DNA from: an uncultured delta proteobacterium
Lineage (GTDB): Bacteria; Myxococcota_A; Polyangia; Palsa-1104
DNA length: 64,000 bases
Direction: 5' to 3'
Assembly: GCA_963785725.1 (NCBI GenBank)
Contig: CAWAWS010000017.1
Coordinates: forward strand, 64,001 to 128,000
Position numbers and translations under genes: made by a program. The notes beneath the pieces were generated by a model that saw nothing but the letters and a program-made list of their open reading frames with translations, did no database searches and was not told the DNA's origin. Positions 10,396 through 23,661 of this stretch are shown here, piece after piece. How positions within the stretch are numbered: position 1 is the first letter of the stretch; each line of letters opens with the position of its first letter.

Positions 10396-12216
10396 ATGTG
10401 GCCGCTCTTGATTGTCGGGTCGGCCGGCTGCCTGTCGACGTCGGCGCGGCTCAAGCTCGCTCGGCTGCGCGAGCACGCGCATACGCCGGCGGCGGCGCGG
10501 GCGGGCGCGCTCGGCGACGAGCACGTCGCGGCGGCCGCGGCGCAGCCGCCGATCGACTGCAGCGACGTGAAGATTCGCGCCTACAACCGGCAGATCTGCT
10601 GCGCCAACGTCAAAGAGGTGCTGGCGCCGGCGAGCTTGGCGGACCTCGTCGACACGGTGAAGAAGACGGCGCCGGCGCCGTTACGGGTCGTCGGCAATTC
10701 GCACACGTCGAACGAGCAGATCTGCACCGACGGCTACGGCATCAGCCTCGCCAACTTCAACCAGATCCACGGCCTGCGCATTCACGACGGCGTCGAATAC
10801 GTCGAGGTCGACGCCGGCGTGCGCCTGTCCGACTTGAACCGCTGGCTCTACGAGCGCAATCGCTCGATCGGCTTCGTCACCATCGGCTTTCGCGGCATCA
10901 CCATCGGCGGCGGCGTCGCCACCGGCGCGCACGGCAGCTCGCTCGTGCATCCGTCGGTCATGAGCTCGCAGGTCGAATATCTGCAGATCGTCGACGGCAA
11001 AGGCGCGGTCCGCGAGTATCGCCGGCCGCGCGCGCCGCCGGTCGCGGCGCCGCTGGTGGCGCGCGTCGGCACGCTGGCGAGCGCCACGCCGCGCGCGACG
11101 CTGCCGGCCGCCGCGCCCGTCGCCGCCCTCGTCGAGCGCGGCGCCGCCGACGACTCCGACGTGGCCGGCGAGCGCTTCCGCGCGCTGGCGGCGTCGGTCG
11201 GCATGCTCGGCATCGTGACCAAGATCGGCCTGCGCACCGAGCCGCGCTTCAACCTCGACGTCAAGGTCGACTTCGCCGACAGCCACGCGCTCTTTGCCGA
11301 CGGCGTCGAGGCGCTCGTCGGCGGCTGCGATTGGGGGCAGCTCGTCTACTTACCGCGCGCCGACAAGGTCATGCGCGTGTGCGGCCAGAAGACGTCGAGC
11401 GAGCCGATGGCGCAGGCGAGCAACTCGTTGTTGGCGCCGCATGTCGACTTCTCGACCGATATCGGCGCGTTCAAAGAGCTGATGGAAGATACGATCGCCA
11501 ATGGCGCCTATTTCTGCGCGATCGAGAGCGAGCGCTATTCGCAGTTGAAGAGCTATCCGCCTTTTACGCGCGATTGCGGCTGCAAAACCAAATACGACAA
11601 ACACGTCATCGGCGCCGGCGACTTGATGATGTCGAGCGAGCTGACCCCTTATCACGCCGAGCTGCCGGAGATCGACTACGAGATCGCGATCCCCTTAGCG
11701 GAAGTGCCGGCGGCGTTGGCGCGCTTTCGCAATTACGTCCGCGATCAACGGTTGTGCATGCCGCTCATCGGCGCCTTCTTACGCTTTTCGCCCAGCGATG
11801 ACTCGACGTTGATCGCGCATTCGGTGACCGACGACGCGGCCTTCAAAGGGCAAAAGGTGATGTTCCTCGAGTTCGTCGCTTACGTGCTGCACCAAGGCGA
11901 AACGCCGGAAGAGCGCGCGCACCAAGAGCAGCACTATTACAAGCTGTATCGCGATTTGGGATTGCAGATCGTGCAGAACCATCATGGACGGCCGCATTGG
12001 GGAAAGAATCAATTACCGTTATTTCAGCTGCATAAAGAGATCGATCCCGCTTATGCGGCACGCCTGAAGAAGTTCCATTGTTGGGTGCGCGAGCTCGATC
12101 CCGACAATCGCTTCGCCAACGAGTTCTCGCGCACGATCGATCTGACGCCGCCGGGCGCGCGCTCGGAGTCGGAGCCGAGCGGCGCCGAATGCAGTCGCGC
12201 CTTACGGACCCAGTAA
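10396..12216 (+). CDS. FAD-linked aldonolactone oxidase-like protein (L-gulonolactone/D-arabinonolactone oxidase family)
   Basis: VVGNSHTSN, ITIGGGVATGAHGSS, GMLGIVTKI, C-terminal GRPHWGKN and ELDPDNRFAN; possible lipobox SAGC. Confidence 0.85.
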   Translation: MWPLLIVGSAGCLSTSARLKLARLREHAHTPAAARAGALGDEHVAAAAAQPPIDCSDVKIRAYNRQICCANVKEVLAPASLADLVDTVKKTAPAPLRVVGNSHTSNEQICTDGYGISLANFNQIHGLRIHDGVEYVEVDAGVRLSDLNRWLYERNRSIGFVTIGFRGITIGGGVATGAHGSSLVHPSVMSSQVEYLQIVDGKGAVREYRRPRAPPVAAPLVARVGTLASATPRATLPAAAPVAALVERGAADDSDVAGERFRALAASVGMLGIVTKIGLRTEPRFNLDVKVDFADSHALFADGVEALVGGCDWGQLVYLPRADKVMRVCGQKTSSEPMAQASNSLLAPHVDFSTDIGAFKELMEDTIANGAYFCAIESERYSQLKSYPPFTRDCGCKTKYDKHVIGAGDLMMSSELTPYHAELPEIDYEIAIPLAEVPAALARFRNYVRDQRLCMPLIGAFLRFSPSDDSTLIAHSVTDDAAFKGQKVMFLEFVAYVLHQGETPEERAHQEQHYYKLYRDLGLQIVQNHHGRPHWGKNQLPLFQLHKEIDPAYAARLKKFHCWVRELDPDNRFANEFSRTIDLTPPGARSESEPSGAECSRALRTQ

Positions 12217-13056
12217 GCCGCGCGGACCGGCGATGTCGCGATATCCGAGGCCGTGCCAGAGGTCGAGCTCCTTGGCGCGCAAGATCGGAAATGGATGAGT
12301 CCGATAGAGGTTGATGAGCACTTTGTAGGCGCGATTGAGGTTACTGCGATCGGCGTCTTCGTACTCGCGCGTCTGCCGCACGAACTCGCCGTAATCCATC
12401 TCTTCGTATAAACGGCGCGCGCCGCCCGCCAGCTTCATGAACGTGCGCAGGCAGGGCTCGATGTCCTGAACGCACAGCAAACCGGCGCGATCGGCGGTCA
12501 GCTCGGCTTTGCGGAACCAATCGTTGAGCGCGATGACCAAGCCTTGGCCGAGCAGCGAGCCGATGCCCAGCGTCACTTGACCGATGAGCGCCATGATGGC
12601 GGCGATATTCTTGGCCAGCACCGTATAGAGCACGTGATCGGCTTTGATGTGACCGAGCTCGTGGGCGATGACGAAGAAGCGCTCTTCGTCGTCGAGCATA
12701 TCGATCAAGCCCGAGGTCAACACGACGAACGGCCGCGTATGCCCGTACGTGAACGCGTTGGGCACCGGATCGAGCGTGACGTAGAGCTCGGGCTCGTCGA
12801 TGTCGAGGATCTTGCAACCCCACTGCAACGAGCGATACAGCCGCGGCAGCTGGCGCGGCCCGACGCGGACGTTGCCGGCCACGTTGTCCAAGTAATAGAG
12901 GCGCTCGAAGCCGTACTCCATGACCTTCGACACGACCGTGTCCAGGCCCGGCACCGAGCGCAGCGCCGCGGTGGCCGTGACGTCGTCGGGATGTTGGAAC
13001 GTGGAGGCTTGCAGACCGGGAAACGTGAGCAGCTTGCGCTTCTTGGCGTCGGCCAT
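12202..13056 (-). CDS. M48-family zinc metallopeptidase
   Basis: PNAFTYG, FVIAHELGHIK (HExxH), ELTADRAG, THPFPILRA. Confidence 0.92.
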   Translation of the reverse strand: MADAKKRKLLTFPGLQASTFQHPDDVTATAALRSVPGLDTVVSKVMEYGFERLYYLDNVAGNVRVGPRQLPRLYRSLQWGCKILDIDEPELYVTLDPVPNAFTYGHTRPFVVLTSGLIDMLDDEERFFVIAHELGHIKADHVLYTVLAKNIAAIMALIGQVTLGIGSLLGQGLVIALNDWFRKAELTADRAGLLCVQDIEPCLRTFMKLAGGARRLYEEMDYGEFVRQTREYEDADRSNLNRAYKVLINLYRTHPFPILRAKELDLWHGLGYRDIAGPRGLLGP

Positions 13057-13201
13057 GTCCGCAGCATCGCACGTCGAAACGGCGGTTTGGCGCCGTCGAT
13101 GAATTTTTTGGGGAAGATTCGCCGGCTGTGACGTCAGTCGGGCGGGAGTGGTGTGCTTGTTGACCCCAGCGACGGCGTATGACAGCGTTTGGCTCTTGTC
13201 G

Positions 13202-13723
13202 GTGCCCGACCGTGACGCGAGCCGTCGCTTGGACGCGCTGGTGCGCGAGCACCAAGACGCGCTCTACGCTTTCGCGCTGAAGCTCTGCGGTGAGGCGAAC
13301 GATGCGCGCGATCTGGTCCAAGACGTCTACGAACGAGTGCTGCGCGCCGACCAGTCGCAGCCGCGCGAGAACGAGCGCGCTTGGATGTTTACCGTCCTGC
13401 ACCACCTCTTCGTCGATCGCTATCGCAAGAAAGCGCGCGGGCCGCGCCACAGCTCGCTCGACGACGTCGAAGTCGCGGCCGTCGAGCCGACGCCGCCGCC
13501 AGCCTGGGTCAATCTGACCGTGGACCAGGTGCGCGTCGCGTTGCGCTCGCTCGAGCCCGAGTTCGCCCAAGTCTACGAGCTGCATGCGTTACAAGGGCTG
13601 GGCTACGGGGCGATCGCGGAGCGGTTGGGGCTGCCGTCGAGCACGGTGGGCACGCGCATCATGCGCGCCCGCAAGAAGCTGCGCGCGCTGTTGGCCGCGC
13701 AAGTGAGCGGAGGCGACGCGTGA
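13202..13723 (+). CDS. ECF RNA polymerase sigma factor (start uncertain, 13148 or 13202)
   Basis: DARDLVQDVYER, RAWMFTVLHHLFVD, GYGAIAERLGLPSSTVGTRIMRARKKL. Confidence 0.92.
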   Translation: MPDRDASRRLDALVREHQDALYAFALKLCGEANDARDLVQDVYERVLRADQSQPRENERAWMFTVLHHLFVDRYRKKARGPRHSSLDDVEVAAVEPTPPPAWVNLTVDQVRVALRSLEPEFAQVYELHALQGLGYGAIAERLGLPSSTVGTRIMRARKKLRALLAAQVSGGDA

Positions 13724-15381
13724 TCGTCAGCGACGTGCACGAGCTGGTGGATGCGTTCGCCGATGGCGAGCTGGAAGCCGAAGAGGCGGCGGCGTTTCGT
13801 GCCCATCTGCCGGATTGCGAGGCGTGCCAGCGCGAGCTGCACGAGCTCATGATGCTGGCGGCGGTCCAGCCGATCCACGCCGCCGCGCTGCACACGCAGG
13901 CGCCGGCCGCGGCGACGACGACGCCCGCGGCGGCGGCGACGACGCCGCCCGCGGCCGCGAAGCCGGCGGACGGCGGCGGCGCGCCGGTGATCGTGCTGGC
14001 GTCACGGCGGCGGCGGACGTTCACGGCGACGTTGTCGGCGCTGGCGGTGGCGGCGGCGCTGGTCGTCGGCTGGCGCGTGACGCGGCCGGCTCCCATCGTG
14101 CTCGCGAGCGCGGAGACCCGGCCGCTGGAAGCGCGCCTGTCCTACGGCAACGCCGAGCGTTATCGGCCGTACGAAGTCATGCGCGCGATGGGTCCGGTGC
14201 GCGAGGAAGTGCCGATCACGACGCTGGCGCAGCTCGAGCACGACCACGACCTGCACGGCCTCGGTGTCGGCTACCTGCTCGGCGGCGACGGCGCCCGCGC
14301 GGCCGAGGCGCTGGCCGGCGCCGGCGATTCGGCGGCGGTGCAGAGCGACCGCGCGGCGCTGGCGCTGCAGCAGCACGACGCGCTGGCGGCGCTGGCGGCA
14401 GCGGACGCGGCGTTGCGCGCGCAGCCGGGGCAGCCGGAGGCGTCGTGGAATCGCGCGCTGGCGCTGCGCGACTTGGGCTTGCCGTTGACGGCGGCGCAGA
14501 CGTTCGATGCCGTCGCGGCGCACAACGAGACCGGCTGGGCCGACGAGGCGCGGCGACGCGCGTCGGCGCTGCGTGCGGCCGAGGCCGAGCGCGAGCGGGC
14601 CTATCGCGCGGCGGCGGCGGCGGGCAAGGCGATGATCGCGTCGGGCGCGGCGCCGCCGAGCGACGTCGTGCGCGCGTTCACCGGGCTCATGCGGCGCGAT
14701 CTGTACGAGGCGGCGCGCACGTCGCCCACGCGCGCGCGCTCGCTGCAGCTCTTGCCGGTGGCCGATGCCGTCGACAGCGCCCGCGCGTTGACCGAGCGGC
14801 TGCGCGCGGCGGCCGCGGACGCGCCGCGACGGGCGGCGCTGGCGGCGACCTACGCGCGGCTGCAGGCCAACCCGGCGTCGCTGCGCCCGGCCGAAGCCGA
14901 CGCGTTCTTGGCGGCGCTGGCCAAGGCGGGCGCCGACGATCTGCGGCTGGGCGCGCTGGTCCTGTTGGGCCGCGTGGCGACGTCGCGCGCCGAAGTGCGC
15001 CGCATCGCCGTCTCCCAAGGTGACCCGTGGTGGCTGAGCTTGGCCGATGAGGCGGACGCCGAAGCCGCGCTGACGGCGGGCGACGCGGCCGGCGCCGAGC
15101 GGCTGCTCGCCGAGGCCGATCGCCGCTGCTTGGCGGCCGCCATCGATTTCCGCTGCGCGTCGCTGGAGCTGACGTTGGCCGACGCGCAGCTGCGCCAGCG
15201 ACGACTGCCGGAAGCGCGGGCGACGGCGCTGGCGGGCCTGGCGCGCGCCCGAGCGGCGGGCGTCGATCCGCGCGATCTCGAGCGCCGTTTCATGCTGCTG
15301 TTGGCGGAGGTCGCGCGCGCCGGCGGTCAGCCGGGGCTGGCGGCGGCCTACGTGGCCGAAGCTCGGCTGCGGATGCCGTAA
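13720..15381 (+). CDS. zf-HC2 anti-sigma factor with TM helix and TPR-like extracytoplasmic region
   Basis: GTG overlaps the ECF stop; AHLPDCEAC (HxxxCxxC); hydrophobic helix; WNRALALRDLGL TPR-like repeat. Confidence 0.8.
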   Translation: MIVSDVHELVDAFADGELEAEEAAAFRAHLPDCEACQRELHELMMLAAVQPIHAAALHTQAPAAATTTPAAAATTPPAAAKPADGGGAPVIVLASRRRRTFTATLSALAVAAALVVGWRVTRPAPIVLASAETRPLEARLSYGNAERYRPYEVMRAMGPVREEVPITTLAQLEHDHDLHGLGVGYLLGGDGARAAEALAGAGDSAAVQSDRAALALQQHDALAALAAADAALRAQPGQPEASWNRALALRDLGLPLTAAQTFDAVAAHNETGWADEARRRASALRAAEAERERAYRAAAAAGKAMIASGAAPPSDVVRAFTGLMRRDLYEAARTSPTRARSLQLLPVADAVDSARALTERLRAAAADAPRRAALAATYARLQANPASLRPAEADAFLAALAKAGADDLRLGALVLLGRVATSRAEVRRIAVSQGDPWWLSLADEADAEAALTAGDAAGAERLLAEADRRCLAAAIDFRCASLELTLADAQLRQRRLPEARATALAGLARARAAGVDPRDLERRFMLLLAEVARAGGQPGLAAAYVAEARLRMP

Positions 15382-15399
15382 CGCGCGTCGCGCCCGGGC

Positions 15400-16107
15400 T
15401 TACGGCAGCCGCTTCGTCGTCACGTCGGCGGCGCGCTTGACCCACATGATGCTGGCCGCGAACTGCGACCGAAGCTGCGCCGGCGCGCCGTCGCTGCCGT
15501 AGGTCAGCTCCATGTCGGCGCGGTCGGCCAGCTTCACGAACCGGCTCGCCGGCTGCATCGTCGCCGAGCGCTTCTTGCCGCTCGCCTCGTCGACGACGAC
15601 GTCGATCGCCGTCACCGCTGCGTCGCGGTGAATCTTGCAGCGCAGCAGATAGCCGCCGTCCGCCACCGGTCCAATCGGCTGCACGTCGACGTCGCCCGCG
15701 CTCAGCGGCGTCAACGCCACCGTCAACGCCTCGGCCTGCTGCGGCGGCTTGGCCGGCGCGCCCGTCGCCTTGCGCAGCGCCGCCTCGCCGAGCGCCTGCC
15801 CGTCGAAGCGACCCCACACGAAGTCGTTGCGCACGCTGCCGTCGCTGCCGATCGACAAGCGGCGCAGCGCGTCCATCGTATGCGACGCGTTGCCCTCGCG
15901 AATCGTGCCGTGCGACTGCATTTGCAGCGTCGTGCCCGCCAGCGCCCGCAGCTGCGTGCGCTCGGCGGCGCGGGCGCGCGTCAACACGTCGTCGCCGTGG
16001 CCATCGGCGAACGCCGCCGGTTCGACGCCCGATAGGACGACCGCTCCGACGAGAAAACCAGCGATGACGATAGAGAAGCGACGCACGAGCAGTCCGTTGC
16101 GTACCAT
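15400..16107 (-). CDS. Hypothetical secreted protein
   Basis: Hydrophobic N-terminus with PAAFA cleavage-like site; coding-like GC frame. Confidence 0.55.
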   Translation of the reverse strand: MVRNGLLVRRFSIVIAGFLVGAVVLSGVEPAAFADGHGDDVLTRARAAERTQLRALAGTTLQMQSHGTIREGNASHTMDALRRLSIGSDGSVRNDFVWGRFDGQALGEAALRKATGAPAKPPQQAEALTVALTPLSAGDVDVQPIGPVADGGYLLRCKIHRDAAVTAIDVVVDEASGKKRSATMQPASRFVKLADRADMELTYGSDGAPAQLRSQFAASIMWVKRAADVTTKRLP

Positions 16108-16152
16108 GCGAGCCGGCAGCAATCGGCGAGGCGGCTCACATTTATGGCGCGG

Positions 16153-16689
16153 CTACTGCTTCGGGAACGACTGGCGATAGCGCGTCACGCCCTCGCGAAT
16201 CAGCCCCAGCGCCTGCTCGCGCGACAGCGTCTCGCCGACGGCGACCGGCTTGCCTTCGAGCACCTTGTAATCCTCGAAGAAGCGGCGAATTTCCAGCATC
16301 GTATGCGTCGGCAGCTCGTCCAGATCCGTATACTCGCGCACCGCCGGATCGTTGACGTGCACGGCGATGATCTTCGTGTCGACGCCGTGCTCGTCGCGCA
16401 TCTCGAACGCGCCGATGGCCCGCGCGTCGACGAGCGCCAGCGGCACGATCGGCTCCTGACCGAGCACGAGGACGTCCATCGGATCCTTGTCCTCGCCCAG
16501 CGTTTGCGGCACGAAGCCGTAGTTCGCCGGGTAATGCACGGCCGAGAAGAGCACGCGATCGACCTTCAGAAGCCCCGTCTTCAAGTCGATCTCGTATTTG
16601 TTCTTCGATCCTTGCGGGATCTCGATGACCACGGGAAAGCTACCGTCGACGGTGTCGGGCAGGTCGACGTCGTGCCAGGGGTGCGACAT
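16153..16689 (-). CDS. ppa: Family I soluble inorganic pyrophosphatase
   Basis: MSHPWHD, VIEIPQGSKNKYE, YPANYGFVPQT, DKDPMDVLV, FFEDYKVLE. Confidence 0.96.
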   Translation of the reverse strand: MSHPWHDVDLPDTVDGSFPVVIEIPQGSKNKYEIDLKTGLLKVDRVLFSAVHYPANYGFVPQTLGEDKDPMDVLVLGQEPIVPLALVDARAIGAFEMRDEHGVDTKIIAVHVNDPAVREYTDLDELPTHTMLEIRRFFEDYKVLEGKPVAVGETLSREQALGLIREGVTRYRQSFPKQ

Positions 16690-16703
16690 GCCGGAAGTCT
16701 ACG

Positions 16704-19349
<2,646 letters not shown>

Positions 19350-19380
19350 ACGACCACCCTAAGTCCGACAAATTACGGCG

Positions 19381-22300
19381 TCAACGGGCGTGCAGCCATT
19401 TCTCCACTTCGGCGGCGTCGCGCGCGTTGCCTTTGCCGCCTTTTTGCAGCGCCGCCAGTGCCGATTGTGCCAGTTGCGTCGCGCGCGCCGCATCGCCGCC
19501 GGAATCGTGCAGCGCTCGCGCCAGCGCGAACTGGGTATGCGCGAGGTCGATGGGATCGCCCGCCGCTTTGCGCAGCGGCAACGCTCGTTCCAGCGGCGGC
19601 AGCGCGCGCTCGGGCTGATGCTGCGCCAGCTCGGCCTCGCCAATCCCGGTCAGCCCCTCGCCGAGGTTGGGATCTTTCGGCCCCAGCGCCTTTTCCAGCA
19701 GCACCACGGCCCGTTTGTAGCGCGTCTCGGCTTCGGCCGGCTTGTGCTCGGCCATGAGCGCGTCGCCTTGTCCGTCGAGCGCCGCCGACAGCGACGGATG
19801 CTCGGCGCCGAGCTTGGCCTGCCAAATCGCCAGCGCGCGATCGAAGTCGGCCTGGGCCTCGAGCGGCTTGCCTTCGCGCAGCGCCACCGTGCCCAGACGA
19901 TAGAGGCCCGTCGCCACGTTGGGATGGTCGGGACCGAGCGCCTTTTGCCAAAGCGCCAGCGCGCGCTTGAACTGCGCCGTGGCCTCGGTCAGCCGGCCTT
20001 CGTCGACGAGCACGCCGCCCAAGTTCGAGGCCACCGTCGCCAGCTGCGGATGCTCGGGACCGAGCGCGCGCTCGTCGATCTCCTCGGCCTTCTCGTACTC
20101 GACGAGCGCCTCGGCGTTGTGACCGCTCGCGTGCAGCATCGTGCCCAAGTTCGTCCGCAAGCTGCCGATCATCGGATGCTCGGGGCCGACCGCCTTCATG
20201 GCCGCGTCGAGCGCGCGCCGATAGAGCGCGATCGCCTCGTCGCGACGATCGAGCTGCCCGAGCACGTCGGCGACGTCGCCCATCGCGCTCGCGATATGCG
20301 GATCGTCGCTGCGCATGACCTTTTGCCGCGTCGCCAACACGCGCTGGCTACGCTCCAGCGCCTCCTGATATTTCCCCTCTTCCATGTAGAGCGTCGCCAC
20401 TTTGGCGTCGAGATCGGCCTGCAAGACCTCGCGTCCGCCGAGCCGATCGATCTTCGCTTGCGCGTCGCGCGCGGCTTCGTGGGCTTCGGCGTATTTGCCG
20501 AGCCGCTCGCCGGCCACCCACACGAGGCCGTCGGCGGCGAGCGCGGCCACTTCGTCCGAGCGGCCGGCCTCCGCGGCCACGACGGCGTCACGATAGTCGC
20601 GCGCCGCGCCCGGGTAGTCGCCGGACGAGTCGAACAGCCGCGCCGACATGAGCAGCGCCTCGGCTTCGAGCGGACGCCAGCCGATCGTGCGCGCGTCGGC
20701 CAACACCGGCGACAGCCGCGCTTGCGCTTCGGCGTAGCGGCCGCCTTCCCACAGCGCGCGCACCGTCGCCAGCGTCTTGCGCGCGCCGTCGACGCGAGCG
20801 CGCGTGGCCGCGTCGGCGGGCGGACGCACCGGCGCGCGCAAGGCCTCGGCGTCGGCGCAGCCTTCGAGGCCGGGCAGCGCTTGCGCGGCCGAGGCGGCGC
20901 GCGTGACGACGTCGGCGTCGGCGGCGGCGAAGAGGTCGACCTGCGCGCGCAGATCGTCGAGGCGCTGCGACAGGCACTGCATGCGCAAGTCGAAGAGCTC
21001 GGCCGATTGCGTCGCGCGCACGTGCGTGGCCTCGCAGGCGTCGACGTGCATGGCGACCCACGAGCCGGCGTAACCGTCGAGCGCGCGGCTCACGGCGGCG
21101 AAGCTGTCGGCGGCGTACGGCAGCTTGGTGCGCGCGAACGCCGCTTGCACGGCCGCCTTGCGCGATCCGTCCCACACGTTGCGCAGCTCGGCGGCGGCGC
21201 CGTCGCAGCCCGGTCCGCGCAGGCCGCGAAACGTCGCCAAGCCGGCGGCGCCGATCATGAGCCCGACGGCGACGACGCTGCCGATGCGCCGGCGTCGCGC
21301 CGCCGGATCGCGCGCCAACGCCTCCAAGATCGCGTCCATCGACGGCCAGCGCTTGTCGGGATTGACCTCGAGGCCGCGCAGCACGATGGCGCGAATCCAC
21401 GCCGGCACGCGCGAGTCGTGCGGCGGCGACTTCACGCGTCCGGCGATGATGTTGCCCGACAGCTCGGCGTAGCTCTTGCCGTCGAAAGGGCGCTCGCCGT
21501 ACAGCGCCTGATAGAACGCGACGCAGAAGCTGAACTGATCGGTGCGCGCGTCGCAGCCGGCGCCTTGATGCTGCTCGGGCGCCATATACGGCGGCGTGCC
21601 GATGATGGAGCCGATCTGCGTCAGCGGTGTGTCGAGCAAAGTGCCGCCCGAGTTGCCCGAGCGCTCGGCCGGGCGCGGCGTCGTCGGCGCGTTGGGCTCG
21701 CGCGCCGGCGGCGCCGGCACGGGCCGCCGGTTCGTCGTCGGCGTCGGGGTCGGCGGCGACACCGGCAGGCTGCGCGCTTTGCCCGGCGTCGTTTCGTAGG
21801 ACCAGCTCTCGGGCGCGTCGCTGGGCGGGTCGGCCGGCACGTCGCGCACCGTTGGGTTGGCCGTGCGCGCCGGATCGTGCCAGCTGCGCTCGTCTTCGGC
21901 GAGCGAGCCGAGCTCGGCGTCGCCCGGGCCGTGATGCGCGGCGCGCGCCAGCCCGAAGTCGAGCACGCGCACGCGGCCGTCGTTGCCGATCATCAAGTTG
22001 GCGGGCTTGAAGTCGCGATGGACGAGGCCGACGCGATGGGCGGCCGCCAAGCCGCGTCCGGCGTCGCGAAAGACAGACAAGACCTCGCGCCAGCCGGGCT
22101 TGCGCTTCAGCCAGATGTCGCCGCTGAGCCCTTCGACGAGCTCCATCGCCAAGAAGACGCCGCTGTCGACGCGGCCGACGTCGAAGACGCTGACGACGTT
22201 GGGATGCGACAGCTGCGCCAGCGCCTGCGCTTCCCGCAAGAGCCGCGTCGCCAGCGTGTCCGACGGCGCGTCGCTGGTGGAGACGAGCTTGACGGCGACG

Positions 22301-22540
22301 TCGCGGCCCAAGTCGCCGTCGTGGGCGCGATAGACGATGCCCATGCCACCGGCGCCGAGCTCTTCGACGATTCTCGTAGCGCCCGAGCTTGGCGCCTTTG
22401 GCGAGCGTCGGCCGCAACAGCTTGCGACGTGTCCGCTTCTCGGCGGCGACGTCGACGGTGTCGCTGGTCGGCTCGTCCTTCTCGTCGCTGACGGCGATGG
22501 AACCCTCCTTGGGGGCGTGAATCCGTAGGCCCGTCATCAT
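19381..22540 (-). CDS. Membrane Ser/Thr protein kinase with C-terminal TPR repeats (frameshift near 22370; start uncertain)
   Basis: VAVKL, HRDFKPANL, DFGLA, GTPPYMAPE, DQFSF, TM helix, repeated GPEHP/LGPDHP TPR units. Confidence 0.92.
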
Positions 22541-22690
22541 CGTAACCGGGGCTGTGCCGGAGGTGCTAGCACAATAGGAAGCGCAGTCGAATCGTGTAGT
22601 TGTAGATGCGAGCAACGGCTCCGTGAACTACACGCGAAATGGCGGCGGCGATCCGGGCGCCGTCGCAAATGCGCTGTACTTTGGAAAGCC

Positions 22691-23602
22691 GTGAGCCCGT
22701 TCGACCCGCACTTCGGCGCCATCGACGTGGGCAGCAACGCCGCGCGCCTGAAGATCGCGCGCTTTGCCGGCGGCGGGCTGCATGTCGTGCACGCGGAGCG
22801 CGTGCCCATCGCCAGCGGCGCGGCGGTCTTTCGCGACGGGCTCATCGGCGCCGACGCCGGCCGTCAGCTGGTCGAGACGCTCGCACGCTTCGCCGAGACG
22901 TGCCGCTTTTATCGCGCCGGCGTGCGCGCCGTCGCCACCAGCGCGCTGCGCGGCGCCGCCGATCGCGACACCGTCGTCACGCGCGTCTACGACGCGACCG
23001 GCTTCACGCTCGAGGTCGTCAGCGGTCTCGACGAGGCGCGGCTCGCCTGTCTCGGCGTGCGCGGCGGCGCCTTGCGCGACGAGCGCGCGCTGTGCATCGA
23101 CGTCGGCGGCGGCTCGACCGAAGTCGTCCTCGCGCGCGGCGAGCAGCCGGAGCGGTCGTGGAGCGGCGAGCTCGGCGCCGTGCGGCTCGCGCAATCTTAC
23201 GGCGACGACCTGACCGCGCTGCGCGCCGCGTCCGCGCACGCCGTCGCCGAATTGGCCGGCGATGCCGTCGCCGCCGCCGATCTGCCGACGGCCATCGGGT
23301 GCTCCGGCAGCGTCCGCGCGCTCATCGATTTCGCGACCGAGCGCGCTCGCGACTGGGCCACCGTGCACGAGCTCGGCGGCGCCGCCGAAGAGCTGGCGCG
23401 CATGAAGGCCAAGCGGCGCTTGCGCTTCTTCTCGCCGGCGCGCGCGCAGGTCATCGTGCCCGCGGCCGCGATCTTGGAAGCCGTGCTGCGCCGCTACGGT
23501 GTCTACGCCGTGCGCGCCACGCGTCGCGGGCTGCGCGACGGCATCCTGCTCGAGCTCGCCCGCGCGTCGGTCGTCACGCCCGCGCAGCTCGCCCGCGGCT
23601 GA
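22691..23602 (+). CDS. Ppx/GppA-family phosphatase (short form)
   Basis: AIDVGSNAARL, AVATSALR, SGLDEARL, IDVGGGSTE, GLRDG. Confidence 0.85.
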   Translation: MSPFDPHFGAIDVGSNAARLKIARFAGGGLHVVHAERVPIASGAAVFRDGLIGADAGRQLVETLARFAETCRFYRAGVRAVATSALRGAADRDTVVTRVYDATGFTLEVVSGLDEARLACLGVRGGALRDERALCIDVGGGSTEVVLARGEQPERSWSGELGAVRLAQSYGDDLTALRAASAHAVAELAGDAVAAADLPTAIGCSGSVRALIDFATERARDWATVHELGGAAEELARMKAKRRLRFFSPARAQVIVPAAAILEAVLRRYGVYAVRATRRGLRDGILLELARASVVTPAQLARG

Positions 23603-23661
23603 CCCATCATCCTCGGCACAAGCGGCGCGAGCCGGCTCATTTGTTGTTAGGATGGCGGGAG

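Noticed and set aside
19390..22491. Very long antisense or alternative-frame ORFs (e.g. 1033 aa here, 838 aa at 24963)
   Set aside because: Shadow ORFs caused by high GC and codon bias; Arg/Ala-rich with no motifs.
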